NCBI GenBank assembly: GCA_964291625.2 | Contig: OZ220089.1 | Span: 4,064,001 to 4,128,000 of the forward strand | Length of the DNA: 64,000 nt | Source: Candidatus Latescibacterota bacterium | GTDB lineage: Bacteria; Latescibacterota; UBA2968; UBA8231 | Direction of reading: 5' to 3' | Shown: positions 19,149-29,647 of the stretch, in pieces | Position numbering within the stretch: position 1 is the stretch's first letter | Layout of the letters: every line of letters begins with the position of its first letter | Notes under the pieces: generated by a model | Told to the model about the DNA's origin: nothing | Seen by the model: only the letters and a program-made list of their open reading frames with translations | The model's database searches: none | Position numbers and translations under genes: made by a program

Positions 19149-19288
19149 GTGTCATACGTTCGGAATTCCGGGGCTTCCAGTACAGGTCGCACTTCAAAGT
19201 CCTTCTTCCGCGGCGAGGTTCAAGGTCTCTGCCAACCAGGGTGCCTTGCCGGGCGAGGTAAAAACAGGAGGGACCGATGGGGTCCCAT

Positions 19289-20260
19289 TCACCGCTCCTC
19301 GCGCCGCAGGTCCAGCCACTCCATCTCCGCCGCCGTCAGCGGCAGGTCGAAGACCTCGGCGTTGGCCCGGCACTCGGCGCCGTTGCGGGCGCCGACGAGG
19401 GCGTACACGTCCAGGCCCGGCTGCCGCAGCACCCACGCCAGGGCCACCTGCGGCACCGTGCAGCCCTTCTCCCCGGCCAGCTCCCGCACGCGGTCGAGGC
19501 GGCGCCAGTTGTCCTCGTGCCAGTAGGAGGCGACGCTGGAGGCGTCGACCTCGTCGCGCAGGGACTCGGCGTTGGCCCGGGTCAGCAGGCCCGAGAAGAA
19601 CCCCCGGCCGAGGCTCGACCAGGTGAACAGCGGCATGCGCCGCTGCGCGTACCACTCCCGGTCCGCCGCCCGCGAGGGTCCGGAGATGCTCAGGCAGCCC
19701 TCCCAGGGGGTCTCCTTCTCGTCGGCGAGGCCGAAGTTGGGGCTCGAGGCGACGAAGCCCCGCAGGCCGCGGGCCTCGGCGTACTCGTTGGCCTCCTGCA
19801 GGCGGGCCGTGGTCCAGTTGGAGCCGCCCATGGCGCGGATGCGGCCGGCGTCGAGGTGCTCGTTGAGGGCCTCGACGATCGGGCCCACGGGGACCCGCGG
19901 GTCGTCGCGGTGCAGGCAGTGCAGATCGTGGTAGCCATGGCGCTGGCGGGCCAGGGAGTCGGCGAGGTCGGCGGCGATGTCGTAGGGGGTCACGCGCCGG
20001 CGGTCGGAGTTGTGGTGGCAGCTCTTGCCGAGGACGAAGGCCTGGTCGCGCAGGCCGCGATCCTCCAGCCACCGTCCGAGGACGCGCTCGCAGGTGCCGC
20101 CGCCGTAGAGGGCGGCGGTGTCGAAGGCGTTGATCCCGGAGGCCCACACGGCGTCGAGGAACTCGAACCCCTCCTCCTGCTCCTCCTCGCGCAGCATGAT
20201 CGTGCCCTGCACGATGCGGGAGACCTTCTTGTCGCTCCAGGCGGGCTGTCCGTATTCCAT
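19289..20260 (-). CDS. Aldo/keto reductase
   Basis: SRIVQGT, AFDTAALYG, LHRDDP, GRIRAMGGSNW, WSSLGRGF, QVALAWVL. Confidence 0.93.
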   Translation of the reverse strand: MEYGQPAWSDKKVSRIVQGTIMLREEEQEEGFEFLDAVWASGINAFDTAALYGGGTCERVLGRWLEDRGLRDQAFVLGKSCHHNSDRRRVTPYDIAADLADSLARQRHGYHDLHCLHRDDPRVPVGPIVEALNEHLDAGRIRAMGGSNWTTARLQEANEYAEARGLRGFVASSPNFGLADEKETPWEGCLSISGPSRAADREWYAQRRMPLFTWSSLGRGFFSGLLTRANAESLRDEVDASSVASYWHEDNWRRLDRVRELAGEKGCTVPQVALAWVLRQPGLDVYALVGARNGAECRANAEVFDLPLTAAEMEWLDLRREER

Positions 20261-20264
20261 CCGT

Positions 20265-21248
20265 TTATTTCTCCGTCGGGTAGACGAGCCCCCAGCGGGC
20301 CCGAATGCGGTCCATCAACTGCATGAGGGCCAGGCTCTCGTCGAGGGGCATGGTCTCGCTCTCCGCGCGCCCCTCGCGCAGGCAGCGTTCGACCTCCAGG
20401 GCCTGGTAGTTGTAGCCGTTGCCCTCCACGGGCAGCTCCAGGCGCTCCTCCTCCTCGCCCCGCTTCAGGGTGAGGGTGGAGCACTTGAAGAACGGGCTGT
20501 GGAGCAGCAGCGAGCCCTCGGTGCCGAAGATGCGCGCTTCCCCCGGGGTGCTCGTGCGCACGGCGCAACTGAGCACGGCCAGCTCGCCCCCCGGCCAGCG
20601 CAGCAGGATCCCCGACTGCTCGTCGACGCCGGTCTCCCCGAGGTGGGCGGTGGTGGCCACCTCCTCGGGGCGGGGGCCGAGGACCATGCTCGTCAGGGAG
20701 AGGACGTAGATGCCGATGTCGAGCAGGGCCCCGCCCCCGAGGTCGGGGTTGAAGAGCCGCCCCTCCGGGTTGAGGTTGGCGCGGAAGCCGAAGTCGGCCT
20801 GCACCATGCGGGGCTCGCCGATGGCGCCCTCGGCGATCAGCTCGCGGGCGCGGATCACGCCGGGGATGAAGCGCGTCCACATCGCCTCCATGATGAACAG
20901 CTTCCGGCGGCGCGCCTCCGAGATGACGTGCCGGGCCTCGGCGGCGTTGATGGTGAAGGGCTTCTCGCACAGGACCGCCTTGCCGTGCTTGAGCAGGAGG
21001 AGGCTGTTCTCGCAGTGCATGGGGTGGGGGGAGGAGACGTAGACCACGTCGACCTCCGGGTCGGCGGCCAGGGCCTCGTACGAGGCGTGTCGCCTCGGTA
21101 CCTGGAACTGGTCGCCGAAGGCATCGGCCGTCTCCTGGCTGCGCGAGCCCACGGCGGCGAGCTCGGCGCCGGCGTCGGCCAGGCCGTGGGCGAAGACCCC
21201 GGCGATGCGGCCGGTGGCCAGGATGCCCCAGCGGATGGAATCGGTCAT
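20265..21248 (-). CDS. Gfo/Idh/MocA oxidoreductase
   Basis: IRWGILATGRIA, VLCEKP, MEAMWTRF, GGALLDIGIY; ATGA overlap with the purL stop. Confidence 0.93.
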   Translation of the reverse strand: MTDSIRWGILATGRIAGVFAHGLADAGAELAAVGSRSQETADAFGDQFQVPRRHASYEALAADPEVDVVYVSSPHPMHCENSLLLLKHGKAVLCEKPFTINAAEARHVISEARRRKLFIMEAMWTRFIPGVIRARELIAEGAIGEPRMVQADFGFRANLNPEGRLFNPDLGGGALLDIGIYVLSLTSMVLGPRPEEVATTAHLGETGVDEQSGILLRWPGGELAVLSCAVRTSTPGEARIFGTEGSLLLHSPFFKCSTLTLKRGEEEERLELPVEGNGYNYQALEVERCLREGRAESETMPLDESLALMQLMDRIRARWGLVYPTEK

Positions 21249-24200
21249 GTGGCGAACTCCTTTGCGTTTTGGAACATCCTGAGCCAGGGGCTGAACTCGC
21301 GGTCCTCCCACTCGGGCGGGCGCCAGCTCAACTGCACGACGCGGAAGACGCGCTCGGGGTGGGGCATCATGATCGTCACCCGGCCGTCGGCGCTCGCCAG
21401 GGCGGTGACGCCCTCCGGCGAGCCGTTCGGGTTGGAGGGGTAGGTGGAGGCCGGGGTCCCGCGGCCGTCGACGAAGCGGGCGCTGACCCGGCTCTCGGCG
21501 CCCAGGCGCTCCAGGTCGGCCGGAGACGCGAACTCGGCGCGGCCCTCGCCGTGGGCCACGGGGACCGGCAGGCGGGCGCCCTCCATGCCGCGCAGCAGCA
21601 CAGAGGTCGAGGGCAGGATCTCCACCGCCGACAGGCGCGCCTCGAACTGGCCGGAGCGGTTGTCCGTGAAGCGGGGCCAGCCCTCGGCGCCGGGGATCAG
21701 CTCGGAGAGCAGCGACAGCATCTGGCAGCCGTTGCAGACGCCGAGGGCGAAGGTCTCGCCGCGGGCGAAGAAGCCCTCGAACATGCGGCGCAGGCCGTCG
21801 TGGAAGAGGATGGTGCGCGCCCAGCCGGCGCCGGCGCCGAGGACGTCGCCGTAGCTGAAGCCGCCGCAGGCGGCCAGGCCCGCGAAGTCGGCCAGATCGG
21901 CGCGGCCGGCGAGCAGGTCGGTCATGGTCACGTCCACCGAGCGGCAGCCGGCGGCGTCGAAGGCGGCGGCCATCTCCACCTGGCCGTTGACGCCCTGCTC
22001 GCGGAGGATGGCCACGGGGGGCCGCCCGTCGACGACGGCCGGTGCGCCGAAGTCGAAGGGGACGCGGCAGGTCAGGCCGGGGTCGGCGCGGTCGGCGATG
22101 GCCTCGTGCTCTTCGCGTGCGCAGTCCGGGTCGTCGCGCTGGTCGGCCATGCGAAAGCTCAACTCCGACCAAGCCTGCTCCAGGGTGCCCAGGTCCTCTC
22201 GGTAGACAGGGGTCTCAGCGTCGCCCAGGAAAACCTCGAAGGCGTCGGCCTCCACCGGGGACCCCACGTCGTGCACGTACTCGCCCACCCCGTGGGCGGC
22301 CAGCTCCGCCCGGACGCGGTCCACGTGGGCGGCGCGCACCTGGACCAGGACGCCGATCTCCTCGCTGAACAGCGCCGCCAGAGGGTCGGCACCCTCGGCC
22401 AGCCGCAGACGCACGCCCCGCCTGCCGGCGAAGGCCATCTCGGCGGCGCAGGTGAAGAGGCCGCCGTCGGAGCGGTCGTGGCAGGCCAGCAGCAGGCCCT
22501 CGGCCAGCAGCCGCTGGAGGGCGGCGAAGAGTCCGCGCACGTCGGCGGGCTCCACGTCGGGGACCCACTCGCCGAGGCGGCCGTGGACCTGGGCCAGGCA
22601 GGAGCCGCCGAGGCGGTCGCGCCCGCGGCCGAGGTCGACGAGCAGCAGGCGCGTGTCCCCATCCGGCTCCAGCTCCGGGGTGACGATCCCGCGCACGTCG
22701 GTGACCGGCGCGAAGGCGGAGACCACCAGGCTCAGGGGGGCGGCCACGGTGTGCTCCTCGCCGGCGCCGTCGCTCCAGACGGCGCGCATGGAGAGGCTGT
22801 CCTTTCCCACCGGGATCGACACCCCGAGGGCGGGGCAGAACTCCAGGCCTACGGCGCGGACCGTGTCGAAGAGGGCGGCGTCCTCGCCCTCCTCGCCGCA
22901 GGCGCACATCCAGTTGGCCGACAGCTTCACTTTCTCGATGGCGCCCACCGGCGCGGCGGCGAGGTTGGTCACCGCCTCGGCCACGGCCAGGCGCGCCGCC
23001 GCCGGACCGTCCACGAGGGCCACCGGGGTGCGCTCGCCCATGGCCATGACGGCGCCCGTGTGGCCGCGGAACCCGGTGAGGGTGGCGGCGCAGTCCGAGA
23101 CCGGCACCTGCCAGCGCCCGACCATCTGGTCGCGGGCGACGCAGCCGCCCACGGTGCGGTCGGCGATGGAGATGAGGAAGCTCTTGGCGGCCACCGCCGG
23201 GAAGCGCAGCACCCGCCCCGCCGCCTCGGCCAGATCGACGCCGTCGAGGTCGAGGCCGCCGCCGCGCCCGGGCCGCCGGCGGACGTCGCGCACCATGCGC
23301 GGCGGCTTGCCGAGGAGGGCCTCCAGGGGCAGGCCGTCCACCGGGCGGTTGCCGAAGAGGGGGTCCTCCAGGGTGAGGCGGCCGTCGCCGGTGACCCGCC
23401 CGATGACGGCGATGGGGCAGCGCTCGCGGCCGGCGATCTCGCGGAACCGCTCCAGGCGGCCGGCGCCGACGACGAGGACGTAGCGCTCCTGGGCCTCGTT
23501 GCTCCACAGCTCCATGGGGCTCATGCCCGGCTCGTCGTTGGGGATGGCGCGCAGGTCGAAGGCGGCCCCGGCGCCCTCCACCAGCTCGGGGCAGGCGTTG
23601 GACAGCCCGCCGGCGCCGACATCGTGGATCGAGCGGATCGGGTTCTCCGGCCCGAGGGCGGCGCAGCGGTCGATCAGCTCCTGGCAGCGGCGCTGCATCT
23701 CGGGGTTGTCGCGCTGCACCGAGGCGAAGTCCAGCTCCTCGAGGTTGCTGCCCGTGTCCATGGAGGAGGCGTAGCTGCCGCCGAGGCCGATGAGCAGGGC
23801 GGGGCCGCCGACCTGGACCACGGCGTCGCCGGCCTCGGGAGCCGCCTTCTCGACCTGGTCGGCGTCGACGAGGCCGCTGCCGCCGGCGACCATGATCGGC
23901 TTGTGGTAGCCGCGGTGGCGGCCGTCGACGACCTGCTCGAAGGTGCGGAAGAGGCCGAGGACGTTGGGCCGCCCGAACTCGTTGCCGAAGGCGGCGCCCC
24001 CGAGGGGGCCGTCGGTCATGATCTGCAGGGGCGAGGCCAGCCGGCCGGGGGCCTCGGCCACGGGGGCCTCCCAGGGCTGCTCCCAGCCGGGGATGCGCAG
24101 GTGGGAGACGTAGAAGGCGCACAGCCCCGCCTGGGAGCGCGCCCCGGCGCCGGTGGCGCCCTCGTCGCGGATCTCGCCGCCGACGCCGGTGGAGGCCCCG

Positions 24201-25102
24201 GGCCAGGGCGAGATCGCCGTGGGGTGGTTGTGGGTCTCCACCTTGCAGAGGATGTGGGTCTGCCGGCCGTGGTAGCGGTACCCGAAGCCGTCCCCGTCCG
24301 GGCGGAAGACCTCGGCGGCGAAGCCCTCGATGACCCCGGAGTTGTCCGAGTAGGCCTTCACCGTGTGCTCGGGGTGGCTGGCGTGGGTGTGGCGGATCAT
24401 GTCGAAGAGGGAGCGCTCCTGGCGCTCGCCGTCGACGACCCACGAGGCGTTGAAGATCTTGTGCCGGCAGTGCTCGGAGTTGACGTTGGCGAACATCACC
24501 AGCTCGACATCGGTGGGGTCGCGCCCCAGGCGGAGGTAGGTGTCGGCCAGGTAGTCGATCTCCCCGGGGGAGAGGGCCAGCCCCCAGCGGGCGTCGGCCT
24601 CCACGAGGGCTTCGCGCCCGTCGCGGCCGAGGGCCACCGACTGCAGGGGGCGGGGCTCGTGGCGCGCGAAGAGGCTCTCCGGGTCGGCGGCCACGGCTTC
24701 GATCATGCGGTCGTGGAGGAGGGGCCGCACCGGGTCGAGGTCGGGGCCGGAGGCGCCCTCGAAGAGGTAGCGGATGCCGCGCTCGAGGCGGTCCACCGAG
24801 GCGCCGCAGTTGAGGGCGATGTCGGTGGCCTTGCTCGACCAGGGTGAGATCGTGCCGGGCCGCGGGGTCACGAGGAGGGAGGACGGGGTGAGTTCGAAGG
24901 AGTCGCGGGCGGCCCCCGCGCCCAGGACCTCGCCGAGGCGGCGGACGGCCGTGGCCGCCGGCGGCTCGTCGAACCAGGCCATGTAGAGAAAGCGGGCCTC
25001 GAGACCGCGCACGCCGGGAGCGCAATCCCGGCAGCGCTCGAGCAGGGCCGCGCGGCGGAAGGGGGACAGCGCCGGCGGGCCGTCGAAGAGCTGGAGCGGC
25101 AT
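21245..25102 (-). CDS. purL: Phosphoribosylformylglycinamidine synthase (large, fused type)
   Basis: NSEHCRHKIFNA, KVETHNHPTAI, IHDVGAGGLSNA, GKDSLSM, GGFSYGDVLGAG, LGVCNGCQ, MMPHPER. Confidence 0.98.
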   Translation of the reverse strand: MPLQLFDGPPALSPFRRAALLERCRDCAPGVRGLEARFLYMAWFDEPPAATAVRRLGEVLGAGAARDSFELTPSSLLVTPRPGTISPWSSKATDIALNCGASVDRLERGIRYLFEGASGPDLDPVRPLLHDRMIEAVAADPESLFARHEPRPLQSVALGRDGREALVEADARWGLALSPGEIDYLADTYLRLGRDPTDVELVMFANVNSEHCRHKIFNASWVVDGERQERSLFDMIRHTHASHPEHTVKAYSDNSGVIEGFAAEVFRPDGDGFGYRYHGRQTHILCKVETHNHPTAISPWPGASTGVGGEIRDEGATGAGARSQAGLCAFYVSHLRIPGWEQPWEAPVAEAPGRLASPLQIMTDGPLGGAAFGNEFGRPNVLGLFRTFEQVVDGRHRGYHKPIMVAGGSGLVDADQVEKAAPEAGDAVVQVGGPALLIGLGGSYASSMDTGSNLEELDFASVQRDNPEMQRRCQELIDRCAALGPENPIRSIHDVGAGGLSNACPELVEGAGAAFDLRAIPNDEPGMSPMELWSNEAQERYVLVVGAGRLERFREIAGRERCPIAVIGRVTGDGRLTLEDPLFGNRPVDGLPLEALLGKPPRMVRDVRRRPGRGGGLDLDGVDLAEAAGRVLRFPAVAAKSFLISIADRTVGGCVARDQMVGRWQVPVSDCAATLTGFRGHTGAVMAMGERTPVALVDGPAAARLAVAEAVTNLAAAPVGAIEKVKLSANWMCACGEEGEDAALFDTVRAVGLEFCPALGVSIPVGKDSLSMRAVWSDGAGEEHTVAAPLSLVVSAFAPVTDVRGIVTPELEPDGDTRLLLVDLGRGRDRLGGSCLAQVHGRLGEWVPDVEPADVRGLFAALQRLLAEGLLLACHDRSDGGLFTCAAEMAFAGRRGVRLRLAEGADPLAALFSEEIGVLVQVRAAHVDRVRAELAAHGVGEYVHDVGSPVEADAFEVFLGDAETPVYREDLGTLEQAWSELSFRMADQRDDPDCAREEHEAIADRADPGLTCRVPFDFGAPAVVDGRPPVAILREQGVNGQVEMAAAFDAAGCRSVDVTMTDLLAGRADLADFAGLAACGGFSYGDVLGAGAGWARTILFHDGLRRMFEGFFARGETFALGVCNGCQMLSLLSELIPGAEGWPRFTDNRSGQFEARLSAVEILPSTSVLLRGMEGARLPVPVAHGEGRAEFASPADLERLGAESRVSARFVDGRGTPASTYPSNPNGSPEGVTALASADGRVTIMMPHPERVFRVVQLSWRPPEWEDREFSPWLRMFQNAKEFAT

Positions 25103-25279
25103 CCGTGTTCCCGGGCGGGAGGCGGTGGGGGGAGGCGAGCCCAGAAGCTACGGGGGACGGAAGACGGGCTCAAGGCGCCGGGCGGCCCTTCTTTACCCCG
25201 TTTCCACCCGCCAGTATCTTCCAGTCTCTTCTTGCAGTTACGCCCACCGCGCGGACCCGAGCGGCGCTCTCCACAGGCC

Positions 25280-28177
25280 ATGCCCCCCATCGATCTGAAC
25301 AGCGCCAACGCCGCCTACATCGAGGACCTCTACCAGCGCTACCTGGCCGATCCCGCCTCCGTCGATCCGGAGTGGGCCACCTTCTTCCGCGGCTTCGACT
25401 ACGGCTACCTGCGCGCCGAGGAGGAGGACGGAGAAGAGGGCACCGCCGCCGATGCGGCTCCCCCCCGGCGCGCACCGGAGCCCATCGCGCCGCCGCCCGC
25501 GCCCGTGCCGCCGGCCGGCCTCGAGCCCCGGGAGCAGCAGGGTCACCCGGACCACTCCAACCGGGACGCCATCGCCCTGGTGCGCGCCTACCGCCAGTGG
25601 GGCCACCACATCGCCCGCCTCGACCCCCTCGGCGACGATCCCGCCTCCCATCCGCTGCTGGAGCTCTCGGAGTTCGGCCTCAGCGAGGAGGACCTGGAGA
25701 AGGGCGCCGGCACCAGCACCTTCCGCCACGAGAGCGACGGCACCCTCGGCGGCCTGATCCGCCTGCTGCGCCAGACCTACTGCGGCAGCCTCGGCGTCGA
25801 CACCATGTCGACCTCCGACAAGGACCAGGAGGCCTGGCTCGAGGAGCGCGTCGAACCGATCCTCGGCCGCCTGGACTTCAGCCCCGAAGAGCGCTGCCGC
25901 ATCCTCTTCCTGCTGATCGAGGCGGAGGAGTTCGAGCGCTTCCTGCACACGCGCTACGTGGGGCAGAAGCGGTTCTCCATCGAGGGCGGCGACGCCCTGC
26001 TCCCCCTCCTGGACTCCCTCGTCGAGACCGGCAGCGGCCTCGGCGTCGAGGAGATGGTCATCGGCATGGCCCACCGCGGGCGGCTCAACGTCCTCGCCCA
26101 CATCCTGCACAAGCCCTACGAGGTGATCCTCGCCGAGTTCGAGGGCGCCTCCCGGGCCGAGGGAGCCGAGGACGAGGGCGACGTCAAGTACCACCAGGGT
26201 TACTCGTACGACTTCGTCACCTCCCACGGCCGCAAGATGCACCTCTCCCTGAGCCCGAACCCCAGCCACCTGGAGCTGGTGAACCCGGTCATCGAGGGCA
26301 TGGTGCTGGCCAAGCAGGACTACCTGCAGGACCAGAAGGAGCGCAGCAGGGTCGTGCCCCTGCAGATCCATGGCGAGGCCGCCTTCACCGGCCAGGGCAC
26401 GGTGGCCGAGACCCTGAACCTGGCCCAGCTCGAGGGCTACTGGAACGGCGGCACCATCCACGTCATCATCGACAACCAGCTGGGCTACACGGCCACCCCC
26501 GGGGAGACCCGCTTCACCCGCTACGCCACCGACATCGCCCGCCAGATCGAGGCGCCGGTCTTCCACGTCAACGCCGACGACCCCGAGCAGGTGGTCCACG
26601 CCGCGCGCCTGGCCATCGGCTTCCGCCAGGAGTACAAGCGCGACGTCCTCATCGACCTCAAGTGCTACCGCCGCCACGGGCACAACGTGGCCGACGACCC
26701 CACCCTCACCTCGCCGCGCATGTACCGGCAGATCGCCGCCCATCCCACGGCGACCGCCATCTACGCGGCCCGGCTGATCGAGGCCGGCGTGATCACCGCC
26801 GAGGAGGTGGACGAGATGCGGGCCCACGTGCAGGAGGCCATGGAGCGCTGCCAGGAGAAGGCCCGGCGCCTCAAGGTGAAGCCGCGGACCAACACCTTCG
26901 GCGGCATCTGGCAGGGCATGACCTGGGCCGGTCCCGACTGGCATGCCGAGACCGGCGTCAGCCGCCGCACCCTCGAGCGCATCGACGAGTTGGCCGGGCG
27001 CGTGCCCGAGGGTTTCCGGGTGCACCGCACCGTGGCGCGGATCAACGCCGCCCGCCGCGAGATGGCCGCCGGCGAGCGTCCCGTCGACTGGGGCGCCGCC
27101 GAGATGCTCGCCTGGGGCAGTCTGCTCCTCGAAGGCGTGCCGGTGCGCCTCGCCGGGCAGGACTCCCAGCGCGGCACCTTCGCCCACCGCCACGCCGTCT
27201 GGCACGACACCGAGACCGGCGCCCGGCACGTGCCCCTGGCGCACCTGTCCCCGCGCCAGGGGGAGTTCGTCGCCCTCAACACCATGCTTTCCGAGCTCGC
27301 CGTCCTCGGCTTCGAGTACGGCGTCAGCTCCGCCGACCCGCGGCGGCTGGTCATGTGGGAGGCCCAGTTCGGCGACTTCGCCAACGGCGCCCAGCTCGTC
27401 ATCGACCAGTACATCTCCAGCGCCGAGGCCAAGTGGCACCGCATGTGCGGCCTCGTCCTGCTGTTGCCCCACGGCTACGAGGGCATGGGGCCCGAGCACT
27501 CCAGCGCCCGCCTGGAGCGCTACCTGCAACTGTGCGCCAAGAACAACATGCAGGTCGTCTATCCCACCACCCCGGGGCAGATCTTCCACGTCCTGCGCCG
27601 GCAGATGCACCGCAACTTCCGCAAGCCCCTGGTGGTCATGACCCCCAAGAGCCTGCTGCGCCACAAGAGCTGCGTCTCCGACATCGACGAGCTCGCCACC
27701 GGCGGCTTCCGCAACGTCATCGACGACGGCAGCGCCGAGCCCGACTCCGTCCGCCGCCTCATCCTGTGCACGGGCAAGATCTACTACGACCTGCTCGCCG
27801 AGCGCGACGAGAAGGGGCTCGACGAGGTCGCCCTGGTGCGCCTCGAGCAGCTCTACCCCTTCCCGGAGGCCGAGCTGGCCGAGGCCATCGGCCGCTACCC
27901 CAAGGCCGAGAAGTTCCTGTGGGTGCAGGAGGAGGCCCTCAACATGGGCGCCTGGTACTTCGTGCAGCCACTGCTCGACGAGCTGCTCCCGGAGTCGGCG
28001 GAGCTGGGCTACGTCGGCCGCGACGAGGCCGCCAGCCCGGCCGTGGGCGACGCCGGCCAGCACCAGACCGAGCAGCACGAGATCGTCGAGAAGGCCCTCG
28101 ACCCGGCGGGCAAGGAGCTGCGCATCGACGCGGCCCCCTCCGCCCGAAGGGCCGCGGGCGCCGACGCCGGCAGTTGA
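25280..28177 (+). CDS. sucA: 2-oxoglutarate dehydrogenase E1
   Basis: [62 protein letters not shown]. Confidence 0.98.
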   Translation: MPPIDLNSANAAYIEDLYQRYLADPASVDPEWATFFRGFDYGYLRAEEEDGEEGTAADAAPPRRAPEPIAPPPAPVPPAGLEPREQQGHPDHSNRDAIALVRAYRQWGHHIARLDPLGDDPASHPLLELSEFGLSEEDLEKGAGTSTFRHESDGTLGGLIRLLRQTYCGSLGVDTMSTSDKDQEAWLEERVEPILGRLDFSPEERCRILFLLIEAEEFERFLHTRYVGQKRFSIEGGDALLPLLDSLVETGSGLGVEEMVIGMAHRGRLNVLAHILHKPYEVILAEFEGASRAEGAEDEGDVKYHQGYSYDFVTSHGRKMHLSLSPNPSHLELVNPVIEGMVLAKQDYLQDQKERSRVVPLQIHGEAAFTGQGTVAETLNLAQLEGYWNGGTIHVIIDNQLGYTATPGETRFTRYATDIARQIEAPVFHVNADDPEQVVHAARLAIGFRQEYKRDVLIDLKCYRRHGHNVADDPTLTSPRMYRQIAAHPTATAIYAARLIEAGVITAEEVDEMRAHVQEAMERCQEKARRLKVKPRTNTFGGIWQGMTWAGPDWHAETGVSRRTLERIDELAGRVPEGFRVHRTVARINAARREMAAGERPVDWGAAEMLAWGSLLLEGVPVRLAGQDSQRGTFAHRHAVWHDTETGARHVPLAHLSPRQGEFVALNTMLSELAVLGFEYGVSSADPRRLVMWEAQFGDFANGAQLVIDQYISSAEAKWHRMCGLVLLLPHGYEGMGPEHSSARLERYLQLCAKNNMQVVYPTTPGQIFHVLRRQMHRNFRKPLVVMTPKSLLRHKSCVSDIDELATGGFRNVIDDGSAEPDSVRRLILCTGKIYYDLLAERDEKGLDEVALVRLEQLYPFPEAELAEAIGRYPKAEKFLWVQEEALNMGAWYFVQPLLDELLPESAELGYVGRDEAASPAVGDAGQHQTEQHEIVEKALDPAGKELRIDAAPSARRAAGADAGS

Positions 28178-28223
28178 GGGCCGGCCCGAAAGGCGTCGGA
28201 CACACCCTGACAGAGGATCGTTG

Positions 28224-29645
28224 ATGGCAGTCGAGGTCGTCGTACCCCAGATGGGGGAATCGATCAGCGAGGTCGTCCTCCTGGAGTGGCTCAAGGCCGG
28301 CGGCGAGTACGTGGAGAAGGGCGAGCCGATCTGCGTGCTCGAGACGGACAAGGCCAACGTCGACCTGCCGGCGCCGGAGGCCGGCCAGCTGCAGCCGCTG
28401 AAGGAGGTCGACGCGGCGATCGCCGTGGGAGAGGTGATCGCCAGCATCGAGGCGGGGGAGAAGCCGGCCGCCGCCGAAGAGGGGGTGTCCGCCGAGGCGG
28501 CCGCCGCGCCCCCTGATCCCGCCCCCGAGGCCCCGGCCGCGCCCGCCGCCAGGGGATCGGCCCTGAGTCCGGCGGTGCGCCGCCTGGTGCAGGAGAGCGC
28601 CGTCGACCCGTCGCGCATCGAGGGCACCGGCCGCGGCGGACGGCTGATCAAGCAGGACGTGCTGAACTACCTGAAGAGCCGCGAGGCGGACGGTGAGCCT
28701 GCCAAAGTCGACGAACCCGCCGGCGCGGCAGCCGGGCCCTCCACGGCGCCCGGCGCCGCCCCCGCCCCTGCGGCCCCCGAAGCTGCCCCACCGCCCGCGG
28801 CCCCCGCAGCTCCCGACGCGGCGGCACCTGCGCCCCGGGCGCCGGCCCCCGCGGCCCCCGGGACAGCACCCGCGCCTCCGGCCCCCGCGCGCCAGACGCG
28901 GGAGGAGCCCTCGCCGCCACCGGCTCCGGCACCGGCCGCCGAGGCCCCGGGCGAGCGCCGCGAGCCCATGTCCCGCATCCGCAAGCGCATCGCCGAGAGG
29001 CTCACCGAGGCGCAGCGGGTGGCGGCGATGCTCACCACCTTCAACGAGGTCGACCTGACCGAGGTGATGGCCCTGCGGGCGCGCCACAAGGAGCGCTTCC
29101 AACAGAAGCACGGCGTCTCCCTCGGCCTCATGTCCTTCTTCTCCCGGGCCTCCGTCGTCGCCCTGCGCGAGATCCCCGCCCTCAACGCCCGCATCGAGGG
29201 GGACGAGATCGTCTACCAGGAGTACGTCAACCTCGGCATCGCCGTCTCCACCGAGCGCGGCCTCCTGGTGCCCGTGGTCCGCGGCGCCGAGAGCCTCTCC
29301 ATGGCCGGCATCGAGTCGGAGATCAAGCGCCTCGCCGCCGCCGCCCGGGAGGGCGGGCTGGCCCTCGACGACCTGTCGGGAGGGACCTTCACCATCACCA
29401 ACGGCGGCCTCTTCGGCTCGATGATGTCGACGCCGATCCTGACCCCGCCCCAGACCGGCATCCTCGGCATGCACGCCATCAAGGACCGCCCCGTCGCCGT
29501 CGACGGCCAGGTCGCCGTCCGTCCCATGATGTACCTGGCCCTGACCTACGACCACCGCCTCGTCGACGGCGAGCAGTCGGTCCGCTTCCTGGTGCGCGTC
29601 AAGGAGCTTCTCGAAGACCCCGCCCGCCTGGCCCTGGAGATCTGA
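28224..29645 (+). CDS. sucB: Dihydrolipoyllysine-residue succinyltransferase (E2)
   Basis: Lipoyl ETDKA, E3-binding [28 protein letters not shown]. Confidence 0.97.
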   Translation: MAVEVVVPQMGESISEVVLLEWLKAGGEYVEKGEPICVLETDKANVDLPAPEAGQLQPLKEVDAAIAVGEVIASIEAGEKPAAAEEGVSAEAAAAPPDPAPEAPAAPAARGSALSPAVRRLVQESAVDPSRIEGTGRGGRLIKQDVLNYLKSREADGEPAKVDEPAGAAAGPSTAPGAAPAPAAPEAAPPPAAPAAPDAAAPAPRAPAPAAPGTAPAPPAPARQTREEPSPPPAPAPAAEAPGERREPMSRIRKRIAERLTEAQRVAAMLTTFNEVDLTEVMALRARHKERFQQKHGVSLGLMSFFSRASVVALREIPALNARIEGDEIVYQEYVNLGIAVSTERGLLVPVVRGAESLSMAGIESEIKRLAAAAREGGLALDDLSGGTFTITNGGLFGSMMSTPILTPPQTGILGMHAIKDRPVAVDGQVAVRPMMYLALTYDHRLVDGEQSVRFLVRVKELLEDPARLALEI

Positions 29646-29647
29646 CC

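Noticed and set aside
21269-28651. Very long alternative ORFs (21269-24847 +, 22215-25025 -, 25105-28224 +, 25238-28651 -), and similar ones at 37651-40725 and 60409-62589
   Set aside because: Antisense or off-frame shadows of purL, sucA, nadE and topA caused by high GC3; Arg/Gly/Pro-rich with no motifs.
28690-28960. Pro/Ala low-complexity repeats in sucB
   Set aside because: Normal flexible linker of 2-oxoacid dehydrogenase E2 subunits.
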